In this document: one piece after another, positions 1-11,000 of the stretch
Position numbering within the stretch: the first letter of the stretch is position 1
Layout of the letters: each line of letters begins with the position of its first letter
DNA from: a virus
Taxonomy: Duplodnaviria > Caudoviricetes
DNA length: 43,010 nucleotides
IMG/VR virus record: IMGVR_UViG_3300005573_000148
Coordinates: 1-43,010 of that record
Strand: one strand, 5' to 3'
Program-made: the position numbers and the translations under genes
The notes under the pieces: model-generated
What the model saw: the letters and a program-made list of their open reading frames with translations, nothing else
Told to the model about the DNA's origin: nothing
The model's database searches: none

Positions 1-276
1 CTCAAATTCGGCCTGGTGCGCCGGGCACAGGCTCGGGTCCACCGAACAGGCATGGGCCGGGCAGTTTTTGGGGTCACCTTTGCAGGGGTATTCCTTGGCC
101 TGATTGACCTCCACCGTCACCCCCCCGTGGCCCACTAATCTCTTGAGTAGTTCCACGAGCAACTTCCCTCCCCCCTTGCCGAGGGCCTGAATGAATATGA
201 CGATAAAGAGGAGGGTGAGCATTATGGTGTTGAGATTCGCCTCCCCGAACACCTTCTCGCACAGCTTCTCAAGCAT
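1..276 (-). CDS. Partial (3'-truncated) small membrane protein, holin/lysis-like candidate
   Basis: Not in the ORF track. ATG at 276 overlaps the upstream gene end; I translate MLEKLCEKVFGEANLNTIMLTLLFIVIFIQALGK...CPAHACSVDPSLCPAHQAEFE, open to the window edge, with one hydrophobic TM segment. Confidence 0.6.
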   Translation of the reverse strand, partial: MLEKLCEKVFGEANLNTIMLTLLFIVIFIQALGKGGGKLLVELLKRLVGHGGVTVEVNQAKEYPCKGDPKNCPAHACSVDPSLCPAHQAEFE

Positions 277-1645
277 TGATCACCCCCCACCGGCGTAGTT
301 TTTTATAGCGGTCAGTATGACCCTCAAGGTGTTCGCTGAGGGGCCAGAATTGCTTGTTGCCGGTGAGGTTGATCTTCTTCACTTTCTCATAGGCCTTGCG
401 GATAGCGCCTTCCATGGTCCCGTCATGGCCGATCCCTACCCCGATGAGGCCGTCGGCGCCGGCCACCCGGAAATTGCCGTAGGCGTCCTCCATGACGTCT
501 ATCCACCAAAAGTCCTTTTCATCAACCTTGTGGCCGGAAATGAGGTTGCCCTGGATCATCGAGACGAAGTCGAGGCGGTTGTTATCCGTGGGCGGGAACG
601 GGAAGAGCGAGAGCACCTGGGAGGCCACGAAGCCCTCCTTCCACAGAGTCCGGAAGGAATCGAGGAAGAAATTGCCCAACTTCCCAGGCATGATGAAGGA
701 CAGCAGGAGGTAGAGCGCCGAATAGCCGAAGCGCAGGGTCCACTCCAAAAACCAGGCCTGCAGGTCCGGGGTGATGATGCAGTTGGCGTCCATGGCCCCC
801 ATGTAATCCCCCAGGAGCTTCGCCGCCTTGGCTAGCTGCTTATGGCTGACCCCGCTGAAATCGGCGTCTCTCCAGACCGTGCTCACCGCGCAACCCACCC
901 GGGGCCCGGAGTCCCGGGAGTGCAGCTTCTTGTTTTCCAGGGTAGAGTTGGGGTGAACCATCTTCCCATCCGGGAGGCGCCACCCCTCCCGGCTGAGTTC
1001 CACCACGTCGCCCTCGATAGCTTCCTGGAGGATGCAGGTCACCTTGTCGGTCCCCAGGCGCTTCGGGGCCTTGGTGGTCAGGAAGTCGATAAGCTGCTCC
1101 GGGGTGCCGTCGAAGGTGAGGTCCAGGGCCACGTTGTCGTCAGCCTTGAAGTAGTATTTCTCCTTCTTGGCTTCTGAGGAATTGAGCCACCGGGCCGCGT
1201 CCTTGAGACTCTTGAACTCGTGATAGGCAGGAATGGAAAAGCCCGCCTTCTTCGCGAGCTCTATTCCCTTGGGCCTCTTGAGTTCGTATTCCGCGACCTC
1301 TTCGCCCCCCCCGATAACCATCTTGCTCCAGGGAGGGCGCTTGAGAATGTCCCCCAGGCGGCCGTAAATGTCCGGGACGTTTTTGGAGATCCGGAATTTC
1401 TCCAGGAAGGCCAGGTCCCGGGGAGTCTTCTCATTGGCGATGATTGTGTCTATGACAATGGCGTCGGCGCGCTTCACAGCCGCCACCAGGCCGTCTTGTC
1501 CTACCCGGGGGAGGATGTTCTTGTAGCCGTTGGCGTACCGGAGGTCGTGCAGGTAAATCTCCGCCGGAATCCCCTCGCGGCGCAGCCGGCGGACCACCGG
1601 CAGCGTCTCCCCCTTGCGGGACAGGAACAGGACGCTATTTTTCAT
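269..1645 (-). CDS. ATP-grasp ligase, divergent phosphoribosylamine-glycine ligase (PurD)-like
   Basis: 458 aa with GARS-like motifs: ELKRPKGIELAKKAG..P, YYFKAD, ILQEAIEG..ELS, NSTLENKKL..GPRVG, DANC, FLEWTLRFGY, C-terminal AIRKAY..VKKI. Confidence 0.75.
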   Translation of the reverse strand: MKNSVLFLSRKGETLPVVRRLRREGIPAEIYLHDLRYANGYKNILPRVGQDGLVAAVKRADAIVIDTIIANEKTPRDLAFLEKFRISKNVPDIYGRLGDILKRPPWSKMVIGGGEEVAEYELKRPKGIELAKKAGFSIPAYHEFKSLKDAARWLNSSEAKKEKYYFKADDNVALDLTFDGTPEQLIDFLTTKAPKRLGTDKVTCILQEAIEGDVVELSREGWRLPDGKMVHPNSTLENKKLHSRDSGPRVGCAVSTVWRDADFSGVSHKQLAKAAKLLGDYMGAMDANCIITPDLQAWFLEWTLRFGYSALYLLLSFIMPGKLGNFFLDSFRTLWKEGFVASQVLSLFPFPPTDNNRLDFVSMIQGNLISGHKVDEKDFWWIDVMEDAYGNFRVAGADGLIGVGIGHDGTMEGAIRKAYEKVKKINLTGNKQFWPLSEHLEGHTDRYKKLRRWGVINA

Positions 1646-1692
1646 CTGTCAACTGCATGTGTCGTATAGGCATATTGATTGACAAAAAAGGG

Positions 1693-2028
1693 TTACGGAC
1701 AGCCCTGGATATAGGCGCTGACGTTCCCAACCCCGGCGGTCACCTTGACCTTCATCCATTTCACCGGGGATTTCATTTCCACCAGGGAGCTTTGGGTAAT
1801 GTCGGTGCCGAATTGCACGCCGTCCGTGTTGTTAGCCGGCTGATCAATCTCGTTGCTGACGCAGAGCTTGGCCGTGGCTACCCCGGTAATGACGAAATGG
1901 ATGGTCTTTTTCTCAATGCCCTGGACGGAGAACCATTGGCCGTTAGAGGGATTTGTGGCCTCAAAAGCAAGAACTCCCTCAAGGCAATAGTTCTTATCCG
2001 CGAACGTGGTGAGCCCTACCTGTGTCAT
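1693..2028 (-). CDS. Hypothetical beta-rich phage protein (possible virion protein)
   Basis: 111 aa ORF with GGAGG RBS, co-oriented with neighbours. Confidence 0.7.
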   Translation of the reverse strand: MTQVGLTTFADKNYCLEGVLAFEATNPSNGQWFSVQGIEKKTIHFVITGVATAKLCVSNEIDQPANNTDGVQFGTDITQSSLVEMKSPVKWMKVKVTAGVGNVSAYIQGCP

Positions 2029-2082
2029 GGGTGCCTCCCTGGTCCTATTTAAGACCCCAAAGGTTATTTTTAAAGGACAAAG

Positions 2083-5000
2083 TTACAATCCCAAGACGCC
2101 ATACTTATTTTTCTTTTCCTTGGTCTGGACCCGCACTCGGGGTATGGATTTCTTGCTCGGTTTCGGGGCGAGCTTCTTCTCAATGGCCCCGGTGAGCGCC
2201 AGGTCAAGGACGTCCGTGTCGGCCAGTTCGGGGTTCTGCATCAACTGGCCCAAGTTGCTCAGGTCGAATTGCGTGGACTCCTTGGGCATGGTGAGGTCCC
2301 GCACAGTGTCGGCGGCGTCTTTGAGGCCCATGCCTTCCAGGGCGCCCGCGGTCTCTTCCCGATGTTTAATCAGGGTTTCCGGCTTCTCCCCCATGATCTT
2401 CTTGAGGAAGTAGGGCTTCCAACGCTCCTTCTCGTAATCGCTAGCTGCATCCCACACCCGCAGCGCCCACTCCAGGGGCAGCTTGGTAAAGCGGCTCACA
2501 CCGGGGGGCTGTTGGGATTCCTTGACGATCTCCTTCACCTGTTGCCGGGTGAGTTTGCCCTCGTCCACCGCCTTTTCCGCGGCGTCCTGAAAGCCCTCCT
2601 CGTCGCCGGCTCGAGCTATTTTGGTGAGGTTGGCCTTAGTTTCCTTCATGGCCGCCGTCTCCCGGGTGGTGGTCGTGGCCCGGGTAAGCTGATTGTATTC
2701 ATCGATGATCTGCAAAGCCGGGGTGTTGGTGTATTCCCGGGGCACCTTGGTTAGCCCGGCCACGTTCAGCCACTTAGCCCGGGGATCTTCGGTGTTCATG
2801 ACCCCCTGGACGCCGAAGGGCAGGAGGCTCTTGCCCACGAAGTCGAGGACCTGGCCGGCCTGTTCCCCGGTGGAAGCCCACGGATCACGGATTTGCGTCC
2901 CGAAATAGTCCTGGTTATTCACCAACTCCGAAGCCAGGCGGAAGGGGAAGGCCATTTTGTGCTGAATCATGGAAACCGGGTGATTCAGGGAGAGGACGTC
3001 CCTCATGTAAGTGGGGAGCCTCATGCGCTCCGGTTCGCCGTTGGTCAGGAGCGATCCCGTCCGAGGCATGAAGAGGTCGGCGCCGTCTTTGGGCCATTCG
3101 CCGGCCAGGAGCCTTTGGATTATGGCGCTGCCCACCGCCATGGTGAGGGTCATGCCCACCATGAACTCCAGGCCCATGCGCTGCTCCCGGGTCATGGCCT
3201 GCCACTTCGGTTTGCCGCCGGTGAGGGCTTCCGCGAGATACCGGGCCGGCTCGCTGACCAGGTGGACGGCCCCCATGCCGGCGTCCTTGATAATTTTCAG
3301 GCTGCCGAGGTTCCACCCGGGGAAACCGACGTAGAGGCCGAGGAGGTCTTTGAAACCCCGCTTCATCCCCAGGTTGTCGTAAATCATTTGCCCGAAGATG
3401 TTATCGCCTTCCCGGGTGACCTGTTGGGCCAGGCCCGTCAAATCCTCCCGGGAGAGGATGCGCCCTTCCTGCTTGGCCTTGAAGATTTCGGCCTCCAGGC
3501 GGCGGACCTCAGCGATGATCTTGAAGCGGGGCACAAGCCAGTTCATTATGGGCCAGGCCATGGCCTTGATGATCTGTCGCGGCAAGCCCATCTTGTTTTC
3601 CGCCCAGGCGTCGGCAAAGGACTGGCTCACTTTGCTGAAAGCGTCCGTCTTAACCCGGGTGCCCCCCCGTTGCAGGAGGTCCACCATGAACTCTAACTCG
3701 GGGTGCGCCTGGGGATTCTTCCATTGTTGAATGTATTTGCCGGCTTCCATGAGGCTGCCGGGCAAATTGGCCGTTTTCGCCAACTGGCCCAGGTGGAAGT
3801 TCATGGTCTTGAAGTCCCCCCGCAAGGCCGCGCCGATTGCCCGGGGGAGGTTCATGCCGATGCCGTGGGAGAAGAAGGAGAGCGTCGAGAAACTGGCGTG
3901 GAAGGCGCTGAATCCCACGAAAGCCTCATTCATAAAGGAGAAGGGCTCATAATACAGCTTGAAGAGGGGATCGTTGCGCATACCCGGGGACAAGTGTTTT
4001 TCGATCACCGAGGCCAAGTCGGGATGCGCCCAATTCCCCCGCCAGATGCCCTTATCGGCCACCGGCACCCACCCGGGCATCTTCTTCGTGCCCATGAAGC
4101 CGGTTTCGGTCAGGTCATTCTTGATATAGTTGTCCATCAGCCAACGGGCTTTTTCCCACAGGTTGGCCTTCATCATGGTTACGTAATTGGTATCCAGGGG
4201 CTCCAGGCCCAGGCCTCCCTTCTCCTTCACCATGGTTTCGGCGTCGGCCCGGTTGTCGAAGGTCTGGACCACCGAGTCCTTGTTCTCGTACAGGTCCCGC
4301 TTGACGACCTCGAAACCCCCGTCGGCGCTCTCCCGCACGAGGAGCTTGGGCTTGAACAGGGTAGAGGTCTTGAGGATTTTCCGGGCCTCCAGGAAGCCCG
4401 CGGCGCCTCCCCCCCGCCGGCCATGGCTGGATAGATACTGAGAGATAATCTCCTGGGCCATTTCCGGTTTTTTCGCCATGCGGGGGAAGTATTCTTTCCA
4501 GTAGGCGAACTGGTCGCCCTTTTGGTGGGCAATCAGGAAGTGAAAACCGTCCGACAGCCGGCGCCACGCCTGGGCCGCCTCCAGATGTTCGGGGGAAAGC
4601 TCCCCGTTTCTCACCGCCTCTTCCAGGTTTTTCTCACCATCTTCGGCTATGTCGGTAAAGCGGTTGAGGGCGTCCTGGTCCATCTTGCCGAAGAGGGGCA
4701 GGTACTTATCGAGGACCTTGGCCGCCTTGTCCATCTCCCGGGCCGCCCAACCCATGTGCTCCACCAGGCTTTGGTGGGCATACTTCGCCATGTTGGAGAT
4801 CGTGTTGACGCTGATTTTCTCCTTGAGGCTCCGCCTGACAGGTTCCAACCATCCCGGCTTCTTATTCGGTGGGGGCTCCACCGTGCCCTCCGGGGGCAGG
4901 AGGGGATTTGGAGGGACGGCTTCCGTGCCCCCGGTCTGTCCGATGAGGGGACGCTGAGGCTTGTAGAACCTCTCCCAAATCTCCTGGTCGTTGAGAAAGC

Positions 5001-8000
5001 GGGTGCGTCCCTTCTGGTCAATAATCTGGTTGCCGGCCCGGTCCGTGAATCTCTCCCCGATATACAGCGGGATCTCCCGGTTGCCGGGCATGGTCAGCCG
5101 GGTTTTCAAAGCCTCGTTGTCCTTGAGGAGCTCGCGGCTGAAACGCTTGAAGGTCATGGGGGTTTCCGGAGTCCAGTCTTGCCTCGTCTCTGCGGTGTCC
5201 CCCATGCCCTCGACGCCCAGGAGAAAATCATCCGGGGGGCCACCTCTCTGAACGCTAAACTTGGCCTCTCCCAGGGGCAAAGACAGGGTTGACAGGTAGC
5301 GGGGATGCTGAGGATCCATGATATCGAAGAACATCAAGCCAAAATCCCGGCTTATGCCATTGAAAACCACCTTCTCGGGATCAACCTCATACCTCTTAGC
5401 CAATTCCTGCTGGCCATGTTGGATGAGCTTTTCCTCGCCTGGCTCAACGGACCTCTTGGCCGGCGCCAACCCTTCCGGCACCCGGGGGGCCCGCTCGAAA
5501 ATCTCCCCGCTGCGCACCTTGGCGAAAATATCTTCGGCGCTTTCATAGCCGCTGACGGCCTTGAGGAGGGTCTTGAAGAAGTCCAGTATTTTCTGAAAGA
5601 TGGTGTCCGGGTCTTTCTTGGGATCCCATGCCATATAAGCGTTGGCCCGGCTCTCCTCATTCTCGCCATATTTCTTGGCGATCTTGGCCCGTTCCTTCTC
5701 ATTCAAGAGCCAGAATTCCACCAGATGCCAGATTTCATGATCCAGAACCCGGGGGCCTTGGCCCTTGGCGAGTTCGATGACGCTCCCGAACTTGATGGTG
5801 TTGCCAAACCGTAGAGCCCGGTGCGCGCCAGCCACGATGTCTCCGGGTTGAAAGGCGATCCCCAGGGCGTCATACTCTGCATTAAGCTCGGTCCCCAAAG
5901 ATAAATGGAGGGAGCGATCTTTGGACTCTAAGATGGTGGCGCTCAGGCCGCCCTTGGTGGTGATCTCCCAGGCCCGGAGGTAATTTTCATCCTGGGCAAC
6001 GTCAAGCTCCCGGACGGTGCCATTCTTGCCCAGGCGCTTTTGAATCTTCTTGGTGGACACGCCCAGGCCCAGGGCAGGCTCCCCCTGACCAGTCCGGTAA
6101 AGCGGCTGCCCCTGGTAGAGAACCGCGTCTTGCATGGCGGGAGTTATGTTGAGGGTGTGGAGGGTTCCCTTCTTCCCCAGAATATCGGGGCCGCCAACGA
6201 AATGTGGCGGAGCAGGCTCAGGAATATCGAACTCCTTATCCTCAGCTCTGGCCCCCCATTGTTTGCCGTATTTCTTGAGGAAATTCGGGATGGTCTCATC
6301 ATAGAATCGGTTAGCCCATTCCGCGCCGACCTGGAGGTCCAAGCCGCGAAGAGCCTTTATTACTGGTGGCTCTTCAGAGAGTGCGTCTTGCTGACGCCAC
6401 ATATCCCTTTCTGCATCAGACATTGAAGCATATACGCCCCATTCCTCCCCATTATCGTAACGGATATAGAATTGCCCATTTTTCTCCACCACCGCTTCGG
6501 GCCACCCTCTTTCGTAGAAAGAGCCGTCGGGAGCTTCTGCTACGCCTTCTCCGTTAACGATGCGCTCGGCGATCTCCTTACCGAAATGCTCTTCCAACTC
6601 TTGAGCGTCAAAGGTTTCTTCGTCTATGAGGCGCCCGTCTTTTAAAATCTCCACTTCGTAATATCCCGGGATTTGTTCACCCGTAGGCGATTCCGCGGGC
6701 AGATACCTGATGGCGTCTATATGTTGGCTCAGAGCATAGCGGTCCTTCACTATGTCCCCGGTAGCCCAGGCCACGGCGTCATAACCGTTCTCGGCGGCGT
6801 GACGGATCATCTTCTTGAGGGCGACCTCATGCCAGTTCTTGAAGAAGGCTAGCGGCGGAACCTGGCTACCGTCAGTGGGATCACGCAGAATTGCATCCCC
6901 GACGGCGAGTTCATTGACCCGCTTTTTAAACTCCGGCGTCCCTTTCTCTAACCCCTCTGCCTTGGCGAGCTTGGCGGCCTGTTTCCGCCTTGCCATGTTC
7001 CAATCATTCTGTAGTTCCCAAAGGACCAGGGTTTTCTTCCCGCCGATCGTCAGGTCAAAGGTAAAGACATGGGCGAAGCGGTTGACGTCGGCGGCTTCTT
7101 CTCCGTAGGCGTGGGCACCAGGAACCCTAAATTCCGGCCCCCAATATTTGCCGCCGGCCGGAAACATCCATTTGGAGAAGCCATCTATGAGATCTTCCGG
7201 AGCCTTTGCCTCTTTCAGTTTTGTAATGGAAACCTTATCGAGAGGGATTCCCAGGAAATTAGCGGCCTCCTGAGCCTTCTTCCAAAGCGCATCTTTGCGC
7301 CGATCCGGCAGCGTCAGCAGCCTCTCCGTGTAGTTGATGGCGCCAGGAGGGAGTTTTATCCATTCTTCAAATTTTGTTGGCGCATCATGTGCATACTTCC
7401 CAGTTTCGATCTCGTAGTTTGGAATTTGTCTAACCACCTCCGTCAGTTCCACCTGGTTCTCTTCCAGAAAGTCCACCACCTGTTGCTTGGTGACAGTCCC
7501 CTGCTGCTCCCGCAGCCAGGGGAGGAGCCCGGACCATTTCAGTTCTTCGGCCTTGATGGGGTGCTTGGGATCTCCCTTCTTCATCCACCCCTCAATAAGA
7601 GAGGCCAGTTGTTCACCGTTCCCTTTGCCCGGCAATTTGGCCTCCAGGCTTTTCCGCGTCATGGAGTAGAAGATGGGGGCAAACTCCTTGGCCACCGATT
7701 TTTGGACGTTGAAAAGCCTCCCAGGGGGAGGCTCATCACCAAAGAGGGACGCCTGGCCTTTGTCCTTCTTGGCCGCAGCCTCCTTCTTCTGCATTTCCAA
7801 ACGGATATTGGCCTGTTGGACCTTGTTGAATAGCTCCGGATCGGCAGCCAGGGCCGCGACAACGTGGGGAGGCTCTTCGGAGGGGAGAGTCCTTAGGACC
7901 TGCCTTACCCTCTCGGGGTCCAGGTCCTTAAACTTGTCCATTACCTCCTGAAAAAGAGAATCCTGCCTCTTAGGTTTGATGGAAAACTTCGGGGGTTCTT

Positions 8001-11000
8001 TTAATGCAGGTCCTTGTCCTTGAGGGCCTTCCTCTCCTCCTGGGCCTGTCGTATCTTCACTAGCTGTTCCACCTGGGCCTCCTGCTCGGGGCTCAGGGGC
8101 GGCCTTGGCACCTTGAAATCCCAGGGGTCCCTTTTCTTGTCCATATTTAGCCTCGTCGATAAGTTTGACCGCAGCTTCAAGGGCCACCCTCTTATCGGGA
8201 ACTGCCGTGGCCCCGAACATATCCGGCTGTCTCGGATTGCCCGCTTTCTCGACGGTTTTCAGATACTCATTGAAAATATCCGCGAGTTTCTTGGGCGCTC
8301 CTTTATATTTCTGATATAGCGCCAAAATGTCAAGTGTTTCAGGAGCCGGCTGTTCAAAAAGCCCCTTCTGTTTGAGATAAAACTCATAGGGGTCCATGCC
8401 GGCGGGGACATTGGCGATATTCTCCTTGATCCAGACCTGAATCCCCGCGGCCTCTGCCATGTTTTGAGAAATGGAGAGAGGATAGAGGTTGCCTTTGCCG
8501 ATTTCCCGGTCGATCTTTGCCACCCGAGGGGCCACCCGGAGGAGGGCGTCGGTGATATTCTTGGCGGGATCATCCGTCTTGGAGGCCAATCTTTCCAGGG
8601 CGTCCGGGCTCTGATAGGCCAGGGCGAACAGGGCCCGGCGAATCCTGGCATAGCCCTTATCATTGGTGCCACCCTCATCGGTAAGAAACTCCTTGACCTC
8701 TTTGGGACCGACAATCCGGCCGAGGAAGGCGCTCCTGAAATCCTTGTTCTCGCCTGTCTCTAACCCGTATTCAGGTCTAAAAAGGTCGAGGATATCACCT
8801 TCCATCAAGGCCCGGGCGTCCAACTTGGCGTACTCGACGTCTCCCATCTTGCCCACTTCGGAGACGTTCATCTTCTTGACGAGCTCGCGGCGCTCCGCAT
8901 CGCTGATCTTGTTGGTCCTGATCCGCACCAGGGCCGGGTCTTTCATGTCCTTTATGGCCTCAGGATCAATGCCGTATTCCTCAGCCTTGTCAAGGAGCTT
9001 CTGCCGGTATTCCGGCCACCGGGGATCGCCGCCGGTCTGGAAGCGACGAAAGATAATAGTGCGGCCGTTGCCGGATTCCATCAGCATATCCGGCCCCAGG
9101 ATAGGAGCCCCCGAGGAGGAGCTAGGAGTCTGGACGAAGGGGTAATCTGTGTCAAAAATATTTTGGAGGTTGGCTAGCTCGAGTTCGTTAGGCGCCGCCT
9201 CTCTGTCCCGGGGTTGAAGCTCCTGGGGATATTTCGGGTTTTCCTCAAGGTTCACGTGGTCATGGGAGGCCACAATGTCGTCGAGTTCCACCACCCCCCA
9301 TTGATAGGGAACCTTGGTGCCGTCCGCGGTCTTGGCGACGCCCTTGTTGCCTAAAGCCGCAGCTTCCTTGAAGCTGTCGCGGCCGGTGGACGGTTTCTCA
9401 TCCGGAGTTTCCGGCTCAATTTTGCCCACGTCCTCAGAAGTCACCCCGGGGACGCCCATGGGGGCCGGCGGCGTCTGCGGAGTTGTCGGCTCCGCCGCCT
9501 TCATGCCCACCTTTTCCTGCCATTGGGCCAGGGTGTCGGCGTCCACGGTGCGCCAACGGTTGCCGACCTTCACCTGGAGTTCTTTTTGCTTGTTCAGCCG
9601 GAATCTGGTGGGATCGTCAAAAACCTTGTTGTCGAAGATCAGGTTATTGCCCGGCCTGCTGAGGTAATCCTGAATCCCGCCCAGGAGCTTTTTCTCAGGG
9701 GATTTCTCCTGAATCCAATCCTTGAAGTCCTTCCCCGTCTCCGCCGGCGTGGAGGCGATCCCCACGGTCCCCCCGCCGCCGGCCTGGGAAGGCGCGGAAG
9801 AGGGAGGCTCATCAGGTGGGGGAGCCTCGTTTATGCGGTCAAGTAGAGGAGTCTCTGCTTTCTTCTCAGGTGCGGCCTTCTTCTCGGACGGAACCTCAGC
9901 CTTGGTGGGTTCAGGCGCCTTGGAGACCTCTATGGCCGCAGTACCCGCTGTTGCCATGGGCCGAGGCCCGGCATATTCCCGAATGTCAATCCCCTGCTTC
10001 TCGGCCTGGTCCGCCAGGAGCTTTTCTTCGGCGGTCCTCTCAAATGGCTGTTTCTGCAGGGCAGCCTGGACCTTGGCCTCAACCGCCGGTTTCCCTTGGG
10101 CGTCAAGAATCTGTTGAGGCGCCGGCTCTTCCCCGATAACCTGGGGAGTCCCTTCCCGGGATTGGCCCCGCCGGTCTATGACCTTGAGGGCATCGGTATA
10201 GGCTCCCTGCAATTCCGCCAACAGGTCATTCCGCCAGGCCTCCTCACCGCCCCCGAACTCGTAACCTTGGCCGGTAGGCTTCCCCCCGAAGAAGTCAGCC
10301 ATAGCCTTGTCTTTGGCCCATTTCTGCCTCTGGAGGCCGATCTCCCCGTGGATACCGCTGATTGCGGTCCCGGTGATGAGGCTCTCCAGAACCCCTTGGG
10401 TAAGCTGCCGATCCGGGTTGTAGCCGTATTTCTCGAAGGCGTTTTCAATGACGGAAAAGCCGGCCATGGCCCCGCCGCCGTAAGCCGCCCGTACCGCCCG
10501 GTCCGCGATGGCCTGGCCGGTTTTCCCTTTGAAAATCTCCCTGATAACTTTACTGGCGAGGATCTTCTCGCCTTCTTTCCCCACCAACTTTGTCAGGGTC
10601 ATGCCGGGGAGGAAGGTCCCGGCCACACCGGAACCCAGGCCGATGAGGATTTTTTCTGTGGTGGGGAGTTCCTGGCCGTGCTCTTTCTCCCAGGCAAGCA
10701 TGCGCTCCCCGGCGTCCGAGACACCGATGAGCCCGCCGGCCGCCATGCCGCCGATAGCTTCGCCCGCGGCCGCGCCTACCCCGAGGGCCGGCGCCGCCAC
10801 TTCACCGCCGAGAGCAGCTATGGCGATGGGAATGAGTTGGACCGCCAGGCTAGGCAGGGTCGAGGCCCACCACTTTGGATTCGTCAGGACGGAGGGGGAT
10901 TCGGTGATGCCTTTGGAAACCGAGGGGGAGGCCGCATATTCCTTTTCCAATTCCTCCCCGGATTCGGCCAGGCCCTCCCCGGTGTGCACCCCAAAGACGT

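Noticed and set aside
74-262. 62-aa ORF from the track
   Set aside because: An overlapping frame starting at 276 gives a more plausible translationally coupled TM protein.
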